The notes under the pieces: model-generated | What the model saw: the letters and a program-made list of their open reading frames with translations, nothing else | Database searches by the model: none | Told to the model about the DNA's origin: nothing | Made by a program: the position numbers and the translations under genes | Assembly: GCA_040954595.2 (NCBI GenBank) | Contig: CM082576.2 | Coordinates: forward strand, 20,569,028-20,633,027 | Length of the DNA: 64,000 bases | Direction of reading: 5' to 3' | Origin: Balanoglossus misakiensis | Lineage: Eukaryota > Animalia > Hemichordata | Shown: positions 36,237 to 50,189 of the stretch, in pieces | How positions within the stretch are numbered: position 1 is the first letter of the stretch | How the letters are laid out: every line of letters begins with the position of its first letter

Positions 36237-36716
36237 GTTAGTTGTAAAGTTATTACTGAGCTTGAATTTCACTAGCGACTAAAAGTAAACAAAAACTGAT
36301 GGTCAAAGTATCACAAGCTTTATTTTGGTTTGATGTAGGATGTAATATGCTTATAGCACACTGCCAAATTAATGCCAACCAATAAGACCGGTAGGATATG
36401 ATCGAAAACCACATGTATTAATGTGTAAAAGGCCGAACTTCCCAATAAATTTGGGTAGCCGACTACAGACAGAGTCGAACCGATGCATGATCTGAAGTAT
36501 CAAGACACATGGACTATTATTTATTGTTTCAACAATTTGACTAAAGTTTATAATTTCCTATGGCAGTTTTTGCCGACAAGAACCAATGCCCGACCAAACA
36601 AAATGGACATTTTCACATGATCTTTACTGAGGTCACAAGTTAGCCAAGCCCTCATACACGCGCTATTCGGAGGTATCGGTGATCTGTTTATGTGTTTAGC
36701 TAAGGTGGTAAATTGT

Positions 36717-37580
36717 TCATCAATCAATCAATCAATCAAAAGGACTTATAGAGCACCAAACTCCACTGCAATAGTGTTCAATAGCGCTTTACAATGTAAA
36801 GTTACTGTAAATAGGCTCTGTTAAACAGATAAGTCTTGATGTGTTTCTTGAAACTGTCAAGGCTAGGTGACTAGCATACTTCTATTGGGACACTGTTCCA
36901 AATGAGTGGGACGATATACGAAAAAGCATGATCGCCGTACGTTTTCTTCTTACTCCATGGTACATGAAGTAGAAATTTGTCATTTGAACGAAGAAGTCTT
37001 GTTGAAGTTTTCAGATGGATTAAGTCAGAGATGTAAGCTGGTGCTGTGTTGTTTAATGCCTTATATGTCATAAGCAAGATCTTGTATTGGATTCTATAGT
37101 GTACAGGCAACCAATGTAAATCCATGAGAACAGGAGTAATATGATCCGTTTTACGGGTACGAGAAACGATCCTGGCTGCAGAATTCAGGGCATGCTGTAG
37201 CATGCATGATGATGGTAAACCACAGAGTAGTGCATTACAGTAGTTCAGTTTTGATGTGATTAGAGCATGAACCAGCATCTGGCAAACTTCCTTAGTGAGG
37301 TAACGGCGAATGTGGCTGATTTGACGCAGATGGAAGAAAATTGACTTGCAAATTGCATTAATGTGCTTATTGAAAGTGTAATTGTCGTCGAATGTCACAC
37401 CTATATTCCGTGCAGAATTCACAATTTGAACACAACATGATCCAATGCTCATGTGGTTTATGGGACGAGGCGAGCGGTTGAACTGAGACCTTATCAGGAG
37501 TACCTCGGTTTTGCCACCATTGAGTTGAAGTTTATTATGTGTCATCCAGGTTTTTATTTCGTGAACTGCACTTTCCAGTT
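36717..37580 (-). mobile_element. 5'-truncated L2-group LINE, second family, (TTGA)n tail
   Basis: ORF 36871-37545 with NKLQLNGGKTE, LHWLPV and YGDHAF; (caat)n at 36717-36740. Confidence 0.9.
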
Positions 37581-37861
37581 AAATATCGCAACTAGCCATA
37601 ATGTTTGACTGGGGGGAGCACCTATACTAATGCGAGAACCAGGGATTGAAAGTTGCACCTGTGTTTTGATCCCTTAGTTACCCTTATAAGTACATTTGTA
37701 GTTTAATAACCATAGTTCTATTGCAAACCATTCTTTCCGTAGTTTCTTGTTTCAAATATTGTAATCTGAATTTATTTTGGTGTTTAACAGGTGTGATTAT
37801 CTGTATTGGCGGCCATTTTGAAAAAAAATGGTTGACATGGAAACTCTTCAACAGATATTTA

Positions 37862-38288
37862 TAGTCTCGGTTACCCAGAGCCCTCTGCTTCTTCCGTTAG
37901 GCACTCCAGAAAGAGGGTCTGGGGAAACCCGGAAGACAAATCGCCGGGCGGAATCGGGACAGCTGCGACGCATGACGGGAGCTTAATATTCCAAAATGGC
38001 GACGTCCTGCGCGCGAACCTCACGGCCGACATGTATGTCATACGATAAAGAAAACATGCTGAGTAGTGCTAGACCTGCTAAAACTGTCTACAAATTGAAA
38101 AGAGAGAGAGAAGTTTGGTTAATAGTTTTCTAATATCGTCATATCATAATATCGTACCGAATATTAAGCTCCCGTCATGCATCGCAGCTGTCCCGATTCC
38201 GCCCGGCGATTTGTCTACCGGGTTTCCCCAGACCCTCTTTCTGGAGTGCCTAACGGAAGAAGCAGAGGGCTCTGGGTAACCGAGACTA
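37862..38288. mobile_element. Academ(H)-like MITE
   Basis: TAG..CTA termini, ~130-bp TIRs, 10-bp TSD cagatattta (37852-37861 / 38289-38298). Confidence 0.85.
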
Positions 38289-38431
38289 CAGATATTTAGT
38301 GACTCGCTATCTGAATTCGTTCAGTACACATTAACACACATCTGAGCCAAGTTTGGTGCTTTTATCACAAAATACACAATCGATATGAAAATTTGGGTTT
38401 TGGTGCTCCACTACATATTAAGTAACATTAA

Positions 38432-38844
38432 GGATGTACGTTCAGTAAAATTGAAAGTATTGTCATTTTTTTTAATTGTGGATTTTTTTATTCTCCTTTG
38501 TATGTATAATGAAAATCCGTAATAAAATATAGGGGTCACCGGGCTTGTTTTTGAAATACAGAGCCATGAATTTGGTCGATAATAGAAGAAATCTGCTGAC
38601 TCAGCATTTTTCACCAATGGTTTGTCTATGGGCAAAATTCTTAACGCAATTTATCTCAAAAAAGAGCGCGGTGACCCCTATATTTTATTTGACCAATGAA
38701 TTTATATTTGCTGGACTGAGCTATGTGTACAATTTCGTGAAAATGACAATAGTAGAAGTTTGTTTTCTGGCGATTATCAATGTAATCCTATGGGAAAAAG
38801 ACCGGGCGCGCAGTGTTTCCAGTTTATGTTCTGCGCGTACATCC
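38432..38844. mobile_element. Kolobok-like MITE; copy 59450-59862
   Basis: ttaa|GGATGTACG..CGTACATCC|ttga. Confidence 0.6.
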
Positions 38845-38910
38845 TTGATGAAGTTTGCTGGCTAGAGGGCTCTTAAACCTCCCTAATATTTGACGTCTTT
38901 ACTCCTACAG

Positions 38911-39143
38911 GACTGCGCAGTTGGAAGTTACCGTTCAGCATGTTCTGAAGCATGCACGCTGTGTCCAAGGGTTTCATGTGTGGAACAGCCAGCCTCTCAT
39001 CACCAACACAATGCGGACAGGGATATTTTGCCAACAATGGAAGTATAGACTGTACGCCTTGTCCTGCCCTGGGTATAAGTGCCAATATGATGGTATGTCG
39101 GAGCCAGAGGTGTGTGAAGATGGATACTACACTAATATAAATG
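38911..39143 (+). pseudogene. Exon A0, Cys-rich repeats with two frameshifts (also 59929-60161)
   Basis: ctacag|..|gtgag; DCAVGSYRSACSEACTLCP / GFMCGTASLSSPTQCGQGYFANNGSIDCTPCPA / GYKCQYDGMSEPEVCEDGYYTN. Confidence 0.8.
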
Positions 39144-42100
39144 GTGAGTCAGCACTTAAAGTTTGGGCATTACTGTGTAATCTTTCACTTAGGCGGATGA
39201 TCATCTTATGTGCATGTGCCTAATTCTGTGCGTACAAACATTATGTCCAGTCCAAATATTCTGCCAATTTTACATCCAATGCATTCAAATAGTGGACTGC
39301 TTCGCTTTCATCCAGTTTTCATGTGCATCGTATAAGTAGACTTTTGTTTTGTCCCGTCTTTTCACCGAATTTGCTTTTTTCCAAATCTCCGACACAGACT
39401 ATGATCGTCACATTCTTGTCTGTTGTTAGAACAGCACACTGCCATATGGCATTGACTGTATACAGTTTCTGTTACGAATATCTCTGGTTTGGCATTTTCC
39501 TGTCCTCAATCTTTTGCCAGGGATTTATGTCTCCCCAACCCGCGTGAGAATCCCACGTCTTTGAAGGTATGACTGTGACTATAAGATTCTATAAATCTCT
39601 GTTTATTTTCAGCACAAACATCATGTGCTGATTGCCCGGCTGGTAACCATTGTCCAAATGGTAACACTGTGATTTTATGCTCGGCTGGTTATTACAGTTC
39701 GGCCTTGGACAAAGGATGTCTCGCTGTACCTCTTGCATAACAGGTAAACTTCTACCCACCCACCTTTATTTCCAACATCAAATTTGAATAGACCTCTATT
39801 TATGAAAATAATTAAAATTTGCGCCAATTTTTTACAGTGGTATTCAAAGGTTAACTTGGTGTGTAAATTCTTTGTTTGATTTACAGATCAGCCGGTGCTG
39901 AACAGTGTACTATTTGTGAGCAAGGGTACGCCTGCACAGATCCCAGTGCATCGCAATTCAAGTGTACTAAGGGTTACGTGTCATTGGCTGGTGCAACAAA
40001 CTGTACCAGATGTACAAATGGTAAGATTGTGGTACTTGTTCAGTTTGCTGTGTGATGAAACTGAGGGGTATGTGTGTATGCATGTATGTGTTTACAACAG
40101 ATTTTCAAGTCAGTGCGACTGGGGTTATGTGTGTGTGTATGTATGTATGTATGTGTTTACAACAGATTATCAACTCAGTGCGAGATCTTGCGAGACCCGG
40201 TTAGCCATGTGAGATCTCGCAGAGTCTTATGATATTCAGAAAATGGTTGATTAGAAATGACGTTTAATGTCCTCCAAAGAATTTTCTACATGCCTGTATA
40301 CTTGTCTCAGAATTATGAAGTGAATCATCTCAAGTAATTTGTTATTTTAAATGACACTGTATCACAAATACTTCACTAAAAACCTCATTTTCTTTAATCA
40401 GATGAAATAAGTGAGGAGCCTGCACGCACATCCCGTCTTCTGTACCCTGCTGGACAATCGAGTTCAGATTCAATGTAAGATCCGCTTGACTGTGGCAATG
40501 GTGAATATGCTATGGAAGGCGACGGCACATGCACGCCTTGTCCAGCAGGATCCAAGTGTCCAACCATGTCACCCGTAGTTGATTGTTCAACAGTTACTGG
40601 TAAGTTGGGCTGCAAATCACTCTTGTGACTTCCCTGTGTTATAGCATGACATACACAGAAAATTAAACTGTTATGCTCATTGGAGTTGATATTGTGATGC
40701 ACTTTGAAAAACACAATGATTCCACTGAAGAGGTATAGTACAGTAACACCTGTGATTACGGACATCTCTCTAATAAGGGATCGTTGGACCAAACCAATCG
40801 TTCTTTGAATTTTTTCTGTGATAGGTTCATACTCGCTAGGTTCGGCCACGTCCTTCTGGTTATGAATGCACAACTACAAGTGTCACACAGTGCGCTACAG
40901 GGCAGTAAAGTGTTGAAGGAGGTAAGTCTTGAAATCTCTTTTCTTCTGGTCTCGATTTGAACATGGTTCCACAAGTTGTTTACATCACTTGTAGTTTTAC
41001 ATATTTTTTGAGTTCAACAGCTATGCTATACATGGTGTCCTGAGAAGTCGACCAGTATGAGAAGTCGGTATCGGCCAGTACGAGAAGTCGGCCTGTGGGA
41101 GAGAACCCTGGTACTTTGTGTTATATATAACTGTTTCACTACGAAATGTTTCCTTGATGTACAGGAGCTGAGATATTTGTACAAATAGCCGATGAATTTT
41201 AAAATTGTCTGTTCACTTTGCATGTACGTCACCGGGGTACGTCAACATCAGTCACCTGCACTTCTTGCGCTGCGCCAGTAGTCTGTTCCTCGTCACGTTT
41301 GTTTGTTTGGTTTTGTCTCAAAGTATGAATATACACATACACCTTCTATGTATTTTAGTAGGCTTTGAAACAACTCCCTTTAATCAGAAATGTCACAGGA
41401 ATTTGGCGAACAACCTAAGCTCCTTACGCGGATACGGGGCTGGCGAACCGGTACTGATGCCAGACGCCATTATTTGAAATGACGCCATTGTGTTGTCAAG
41501 AATTTGGGAAATCCGTCCAAATGAAAATATTTAGTGCAATTATATTTTATTAAGTGTTGTTATATGTAATCTGGGTCATCACTGCACTATTCGGGTACAA
41601 GTTCAACAACTGGCCGACTTCTCGTACTGGCCGACTTCTCATACGCGCGTACTGGCCGACTTCTAATCTGGCCGACTTCTCAAGTATTCCTATACATTAG
41701 TGAAAATTGGGGAAACTGGTGTTTTCAGACAACTTATGAAGTCCCTTTCGCAATATTAACTCTAAAACAGCGGGTGATTTCCTTTTAAAATTTAACCAAA
41801 TAAGCATACTTGGGGTCAACCATCTAGAGTTTTGAAAAAGTGCCCTTTATCTAGCACCTCTGTCAGATTTTGCCAGGCTCGTAGATTTTTGTAAAATGGC
41901 CTCAAAAATAAGAATTTTGGGAGGTTTGTCATATTTTTTCACCATTGTAGAATCTAAATGTTCTGAATTATTTTATTTTTAGCAATTTTGAGATTGATTC
42001 ATGTTCAGTATGATAATCGCATGTCAATACAACTGTTACATTAAAGGAAAAGTTCAAATCCGCCTAAAACCACATTGCATTGGTACCTAGTTAAGTTGTC

Positions 42101-43079
42101 CTCACTTTTGACGCAAAATTTTGATGTGCAATGCACGTGTCTGTGAAATTGACGAATAAAAAAATTGTATACCAGTGCAAAATTAAAAACTCCCTGTGCA
42201 GCCTTCTTGGCAACTGCATGCTGGGAAAAGTACTCGGATGATGACAAAAAAGTTTCGGGGTTCCGTGTAGTGCTACCCCGGAATACAATGTTGGGTGCAG
42301 ACTACAACTTTGGAAAAGAGATGCAGAATGTCTTGTGATATAGTAGTGAAAACAAATACACGTTGGTTCACGTATTTCAGCTCTCAGCAATCAGGGTGCA
42401 TTGAAAAGCCTTGATTGGTGTGATATTCACAATTGATGATTATAAATACTTACAGTTGTATACTGTTTTATTTTGTAAATATTGTGTACATTTGCAGCAA
42501 TGAATCCGTGCGAACACAAACCTTAACCCATGCCGGAATGCTGGTACTTGCCAAGCAATCCAGGGATCTTGGACAGGCGTCACATGTCAATGTGCTGGCT
42601 GCTACCTGGGCTTCACATGTGAAACACGTGAGTACAGTACTTTGTCATTTATTAAAAAATCTAAGTGCTGAGGTACATTGTAGTAATAATAGCAGGTGTA
42701 GTCATTATCATCATCATCATCATCATCATCTTTAAGTCAGTCAGTATGATCGGTAATAAAAACAGTAAAATCACCAGTATAAAAACATAACAGAGAAATA
42801 ATGAACGTGTACTGGTGTTACCATAGGTAAGTGTTGTATAAAATTTTGAATTCCTGTCTTCCAGTTCCTAATCCATGCTTCACTAGTCCTTGTCTCAATG
42901 GAGGTACCTGCCAACAACAGGCAAATTCTTGTACTGCCACCATTGGCATGTGCACAGAGTGTTACTAGGGAACCAGGTGTGAGACAAGTAAGTTTGAATC
43001 TATAGCAGTTAATAATGATAATTATCATTTTTATTATGATTTAAACTTCACTGATGTTGTACAAACACAAAAATAGAAA

Positions 43080-43534
43080 TAATAATAATAATAATAATTT
43101 ATTTGTATAGCGTCAGTATCCACAAAAAATGTGATCAATGACGCTTAAAGCCAAAGTACAATACAACAAATGGCTAAAAAAACAGATTTAAAAAGTAAAG
43201 TTTTAACATTTGATTTAAAAACAGATAAGTCTGGTGCCTGGCGAATGGTGAGTGGAAGATTATTCCAAAGAATTGGAGCAGCAACAGTAAAAGCACGATC
43301 ACCATAACTCTTGGTGCGTGATCGAACAGGGCAGAGTTTGTACTGATCTGCTGACCTTAAATTGCGACACGGAACATATAGATTAGTCATGCTAGAAAGA
43401 TAGATTGGACCAAGTTTATGAATGGATTTAAAAATGAGAACTAACATCTTAAAAACAATACGCTCTGTAACAGGTAGCCAGTGCAACTGATACAAAATTG
43501 GAGTGATGTGACAGGTGATTGAACGAGTAACAAT
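43080..43534 (-). mobile_element. 5'-truncated LINE (unit 3 copy)
   Basis: Same sequence and junctions as 4037-4495. Confidence 0.92.
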
Positions 43535-45371
43535 TAGAAAGGGACAGCAGCTTAGCTCTATTCCGTTTCCAAAGTGTTTGTTCTTTTAAACTACCTGTGC
43601 ATTTTTTTTATTTATTCTGATTATGCTAATATGCTAATTTGTTGGTTTGTCACATCACAATTTTTGTAGGAAACTCACCCCTGGGAATTTTTTTCAGCCA
43701 CTTACATACATTCATAATCACATGACATTGATGATCATGGAAAATTTGACCCTTTTCCTTGTAGGACTCAACCAGTGTCCACCAAATCCGTGCCAGAATG
43801 GTGGCTTCTGTCAACCGGCTCGAAATTCCTGCTTTGATCTCACCTGCATATGTACTGGTTGCTACAAAGGTGATAGGTGTGAGATATGTAAGTATACAGC
43901 GCAGTCTCTTTTACCTTTTGTCTCTGATGCATTCAAATACTGCATGTTTCCTGAACATAGGTGTAGCCATCACCACAGCAGAGCTTGGAGCGTTCTTGAC
44001 ATCGAATGCAAGATTACACTCTTCCCAATCAAAATCACTTTCGTAGCGCATAATGTCTTGATTGTCTTAGTTCAAGAAACATTATGCGCGACTGGCCAAT
44101 TTTACTGCCTTTTGTCAACACACATCCACTATGGAAATTCTCACTCCAGGCCAGATAGTGTAAATTTGCATATGAGTCTACAGGTATGCCTGAAGTCAAG
44201 TCAAGCATTTGCAAGGAACCCTCCTCCAGTACACAGGTCTTTGATTTCATGAAGGGAAGCCCTTGCCTTACAGTCACTGCCACATGATCTATGGAGGTGT
44301 GAACAACTTGATACCAGCCTGATATAAGTTGTAGGCACAATCACTCCACACACCCTTGCCATAATTCTGCAAGGTTTTTGCCATATCTGTACTGTAGAAT
44401 GAGTAGCATAGAATAAAATGGCGTCCTTTCTTAATTTCCAGTGCAAAACCCCTGTGATCCCAACCCATGTATGAATGGTGGATTTTGCCAGCAAACATCG
44501 TGCAATTTCTATTCATGCCAGTGTGTGAACTCTTACACAGGTGACATCTGTCAAACCATAGACCCTAGAGAAAGAAGGACGAGCAACTGCGGCAAAGATC
44601 AAAGGGTTTGGGGATTATCTGTATGATGATGTTCTTTTGCATATAATTAACACCCAGGACAGTTGGACAATGACTTCCTTACTTCGGCACATGTCGACCC
44701 CACCAGTGATGTGAAAACTTGCCACCAAACTGGCACTCCTGCATTTCAGCAGCCACTGCGTTTTTTTCTAAAATTCTAAAAGTATTACGATGTCTGTGCT
44801 AATTATTATGGTTTGGTGTTCGTCTGTCGGTTGAACGGTCATTTCTAGTGCCACAAGCTTCATTTAAAAATTGTAAACAAATCATCCATGTTTTTTGCAT
44901 GTCCGACTGGGCACTCATATTTCTTGGTAACGCTGACACTTTTCGTAATAATTTTATGTTTGCGTGAAGCATTGAAACAAAAATTGTGGTTTAGGGGCAT
45001 TTTATTTCGCAGTGCGTTAACAATAAAACAGATTTCACGAAAACAATTTGTAAACAAACTGGCTGGATTTTCATGTGTGCGCTATGCAAATACCCACATG
45101 GTAAATTAAAACTGTTACAGGTGTATTTGATTTCCACATATGGATTACATGTGTGATAATATTGGGTGCTGGCAGTTTCAGTAAATGAACTGCTCTTAAA
45201 AGTTGGGCGTCAGGGCACCCTTGACTTTGCCTGTTCCAAGCTAGAATGGTCTGTCCATATGAATATTTCTTCAGCAAGTTACAAGCAATCTTTTTAGTTT
45301 TGAATTAATAAATAGTGAAATGACTTGTGATGTTAATATGCAATTGTTGGTTGATTTACATGCATCTCCAG

Positions 45372-45494
45372 GACTCGGTCAATGTTCTCCCAATCTGTGC
45401 ATGAACAACGGTATCTGTGAGCCAATCAGTAGATCGTGCAGTGCGTTTACCTGTCGCTGTCAAGGCTGTTTCATTGGAATCACCTGTGACCAAG
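45372..45494 (+). pseudogene. EGF-like exon E5 (open; copy 3 only)
   Basis: 123 bp, ctccag|..|gtaaa; LGQCSPNLCMNNGICEPISRSCSAFTCRCQGCFIGITCDQ. Confidence 0.85.
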
Positions 45495-48400
45495 GTAAAT
45501 TTATGAGACGAGGATCTGTTTATCCCCCATCATACCGGTATATTTGTCATAGCTGGCAGCTATGAAATTACCTGTATATTTAGGATGTGACAAACCAAAT
45601 AGGCACTTTCAGGAATTGAGTCTTTTTTCAATTACCAAAGTCCTAAACTCCCAAAAGTATAATAAGTAATTCTTATTGTTCAGTTATACATTTAGGAGGC
45701 TCAGTTATAGGAGAACCCGATAGAACCACAGCTGTAGGAATTAGGGAAATGGTCATACCCTAAAAACTTATGTCACTGCTATTTTTTTTTAATGCCATTG
45801 AAACAGAACAAACTCCATGTAGGCCAAGTCCATGCCTGAACAATGGGCGGTGTACTCAGCTGTCGTGTACAACTTATGAGTGTACTTGTCCAGGATGTTT
45901 CATCGGCACACACTGCAGCCAGTGTAAAACTCATTAAAACAAACATTTGTCATGCAGGAACTAACATTTACAATCATGTCTCAATCCATTGTCTGTTGGT
46001 CATACTTTATATTTTCATCTTTAGCATCACACCTTGGGCCTTGGGAATCGGTCACCTCAAAAATGATGTACAGCTGAAAGAAAACATGTTTATTTGAAGA
46101 AAAAATGTTGATCGTTAATGAAAATTTTCCCTACACAAGATACATATACAGAGATTTTCATAGCCCCACAAGTGCGTCCCAGAATGCGCAAGTTGTTTTT
46201 GGAAGTGAAGTTCCGTTCAGTATTTACAGTAATGGTAATGATGATGTTTTTATCAAACAGATTTTGAAAGTAAATATTGCTGAGATAACATTAGGTTGCA
46301 CTTTTTATTGCAGTCCAAGATCCATGCCCGCGAAACAGCTGTCTCAACGGGGCTGTATGTAATGCAGTGGCCAACTCCTGCACGGCATATACCTGTGCCT
46401 GTACTGGTTGCTATGAGGGTAACCGTTGTGAAATATGTAAGTTTCTGACGTACCGTAAATGACAATCTTTTGGGCACTTTCTCTTCATGGCAATTGAATT
46501 GTGTGGTAACTTCTCATTTCTAAAATTTCCCCAAGAGAAAAGAAAGGAAAAGGAAACAGAAATTTCATTTGTATGTCCGTGCAATTTAGGATAGGCACGA
46601 ACTTGTGAGGAAGTGTACGAAGCTGGATGTTTTCATCACTCAAATATACAAGAGTTGCCTCTTGAAGACTAGTGTCTGTAGAGATAATTGTGCATGTGAG
46701 GTAATCTCTCCTGAGGTGGTGCACACCTCTGAGTATTAAGTAAAAGAGACGTCCTTAATTATCCTTACTATTTGGCTTGAAAAATCAATCTTACTAGGTG
46801 TTCTGATTAGAGAGGTGTCCATAAAGACAGGTTTTACTGTATTACCCAAAATAGAGACATTGTCCCTTCATCATATACTTAATGCGTGTTCTGGGTATGG
46901 TTCCAGTATAATGCTTGTGTCAAAGGATTTTGTTGTGGTGCAGGAATCATCTTTGGTTGAGGTGTAGCCATCTGCATTTCATGTGTTTTAAACTATTTTT
47001 TTTCTGATTGTCATTAACCCATGTGATCAGAATCCGTGTCAAAATGGAGGCTATTGTTCCAAAACACCAAATTCTTATACTGACTACACCTGTTACTGCC
47101 AGTAGTGTTGGACTGGGGCCATCTGTGCCGTAGGTGTGTCGAATTACTGTTTTATGACACAGCGTGGTATATAAACCCTCATTTTTGGTATTCTCAATGT
47201 GATAGATGGACCCATACACCAATAAATGGGGTGGAAGCATTACTAAGTTTCATCCTTTCAAAATTTGCTGATGTAGGGTCAAAATTGAGTGTGAGGTGCA
47301 TGTTAAAAAGGAAAGCCTTCTGTATCATGTTGATGGCACATTTTTTTAATTTTTCAAGATTCTTACAGAAAAATCCTAGCAATAGCATCATTATGTTATT
47401 TTAAATGTAAAGGTTTGAAACAAGGAATAAAGACATTGCTCACATATTTAAACGAAATGGACATCACAAGTACATGTACAAGTTTTTGACAAGCAGGTAA
47501 TTGATACTTTCATTTTTGTTTTGGCAGCCATTGATCAGTTATACCCTATGCCTTGTCAAAATGGTGGCACATGCGTTGCGTGAGACGGCTGTTTCCTGTT
47601 TGACTGTATGTGTACCGAATGCTTCACTGGTGCCACATGTACAATGCGTAAGTACTAACCAATATTATTTTATTCAATGCAAAACACTTGTTATATATTA
47701 TATAATATAAGTACGGTACACATATTAAAGCCCTGGTAACTCAAACTTTGGGCTAGCTTAATGTTATCACTATTTTTGTTTTCGGTTGCAACTGTGGTTT
47801 CTTGTCACACTCTAAAGGATTTCACAGCATTTGGTTTTTCAAAACAGCCCTTTGGTTGTTGTCATGTATACATGTACATGACTGTGGAGTGTAGTTTGTA
47901 GATTCTGTAATTTTGACAATATCTTGACTGCACATCCCACAGCTGTCAACCAGTGTCAACCCATCCAGTGTCGGAATGGTGGAAACTGTGTGCTGACGCC
48001 CAATTGGTGTACTGAATTCACATGCTCCTGTACAAGCTGTTACTCCGGCGATTTATGTCAGACATGTGAGTGATTTTAAATTTCAGATGAAGAGGAACAT
48101 AATAACATAACACATAATCGGCTTGCAGTTGGTTTCTTCCAACCTGTATCAAACAGTGAATAACGACACAATTTTGGGGAAATTTATTAAGAATGTGTGT
48201 GCCATAAAAGGGGATTGTGTATTTGACCAAATAACAACCTGCACCGTATGGTACACTAAGACACTATTACACCTGTGTCAAAATTTCATTACGTTTCTTT
48301 TGTTGAACATGGAAGAAATTTGTCACAGTGATGTTCTGTTGACCAACTGAGATTTTTACCACTCAACCCTAACTGCACAAATCTGTTTAAAGTATATGTA

Positions 48401-50189
48401 GTAAATATTAACTGTACACAATTTATATCACTTTCTCTTCTGTGCACAGATTTGAATCCGTGTCAGCCCAACCCTTGTCTAAACAGTGGATTCTGCCAGC
48501 AAGTGTCCTGCACCGAGTTCAGATGCCAGAGTCCACGCTGTTTCATCGGAACCACGTGCGCTGAACGTAAGCAAACCAGTGTCAGATTTGCCGCACAAAG
48601 TAGAAATCGCTGGGCTTTGTCATTGATATTGTCTGAATAAAGTTGCCTGTGATTGTGCAGCTAACCAAGAGACTTATATGCACTACGGTAGCCATGATGA
48701 ATACTTTCATTGACTCAAATGCTCATCAGTGTAGATGTTGCTATTTTTCCAACCGTAAATTGAAACATCAGAAAGTTATGACATCAACTACCCCCACCCC
48801 CACCCCACCCACCCCCAACTAGTAAATATTATAAGATGCTGTAATTATGATAAAGATGGTAGCACCAAGCTTGGATCAAGTGGTCTTCATAATCCTTCAC
48901 ACATGAACATGATCACACGGATGTGCAATCTTCTGACAGTCTGCTACAGATTTCACTTCCCACTCAAGTGTGTAAGACCCTAATGTGATACTTTTCATTT
49001 CTCTCACCCTTAGCGATCAACCAGTGTCTTCTAAACCCATGTCTGAATAACGGAGTGTATCAGCCACTTCAAGGCTCCTGCTCAATCTACACCTGCAACT
49101 GTCCAACCTGCTACACTGGGCAAACATGTGTTACATGTAAGTCACAAGTTTTTAGGTCCCATTGGTATGTACCATGGGAACTTATGGGATTGGTTACATC
49201 TGTATGTATGGATGGATGGATGGATGTATGTCTGTATGTCCGTCCACATGAAAAACTTGAAAACCACAGCGCGTATGACCTCGATATTTGGCGTGTAGAT
49301 GCAGGCAGGGCTGTAGATGGGAGTTTGTTCAAATGAAGATGTCATTGCCAAAAATATGCAAATTAGCTGGGAAAATGTGAAATTGGTCAAAACTCAAAAA
49401 CTGGACAACCACTGGTCATATTGATTTGAAAAATGGTATGCATGTACCTTATATCAACCTCATACAACCCTGTATGTTTTGAGCTAATATTATCGATTTC
49501 CTATTTTTTTTGCATTTATTTGTATTTTTCCATGTTATTGGTAAAAGTCTTTGAAATTTAGTATGAAGCCTCCTAATGTTGTCTAAGTAACCATAGTTTT
49601 GTTCAAATTGTTGCAAAATTTGCATATCTATAATTTTGAGCATTATTTGCCATTTTTGGTCAAAAAATGTTTTTCTTTAAAACCTCATGCCAGATTGCTT
49701 TGCAATTTGGTAGGCATGTTCGTAGGGGTAACCTAAATAATATGTTCAATGCAATAGGACAAGCGGTTTCAGTGAAAACAATTTTTGACAAAAATTGCAA
49801 AAGTTTCCCCGATAACACATTTATGCAAATATCACATTTTTTACAACATATTATTTAGGTTACCCCTACGAACATGCCTACCAAATTGCATGTTCCTTGT
49901 AGTGATTGAAGTAAGATATTGTACAATTTTGGTGATATTTGCATATTTGTGTTTTTGCCACTTTTGAACAAATATTTTCTGTGAAACTGCTTGTTGGATT
50001 GCTTTGAAATTAGTTTTTTCTCTGATTGCTTTGAAATTTAGGATATAATTTCATAACACATACCTGTATATGTGCAACTTTTATTCAATTCTGAGATCAG
50101 AAAGATTAAATATTTAGCGAGTTTTTTTGGTAAGTTTCTTTGTTTTTGGTTAGCAAATCTTCTCCTAAACAAATTGTCCAGTTGTTTTT

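Larger units (their letters stand above)
20252..39568 (+). repeat. ~20-kb tandem unit, copy 2
   Basis: Colinear with copy 1 to ~32580, and near-identical to copy 3 from 32581 (= 53607) onward. Confidence 0.95.
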
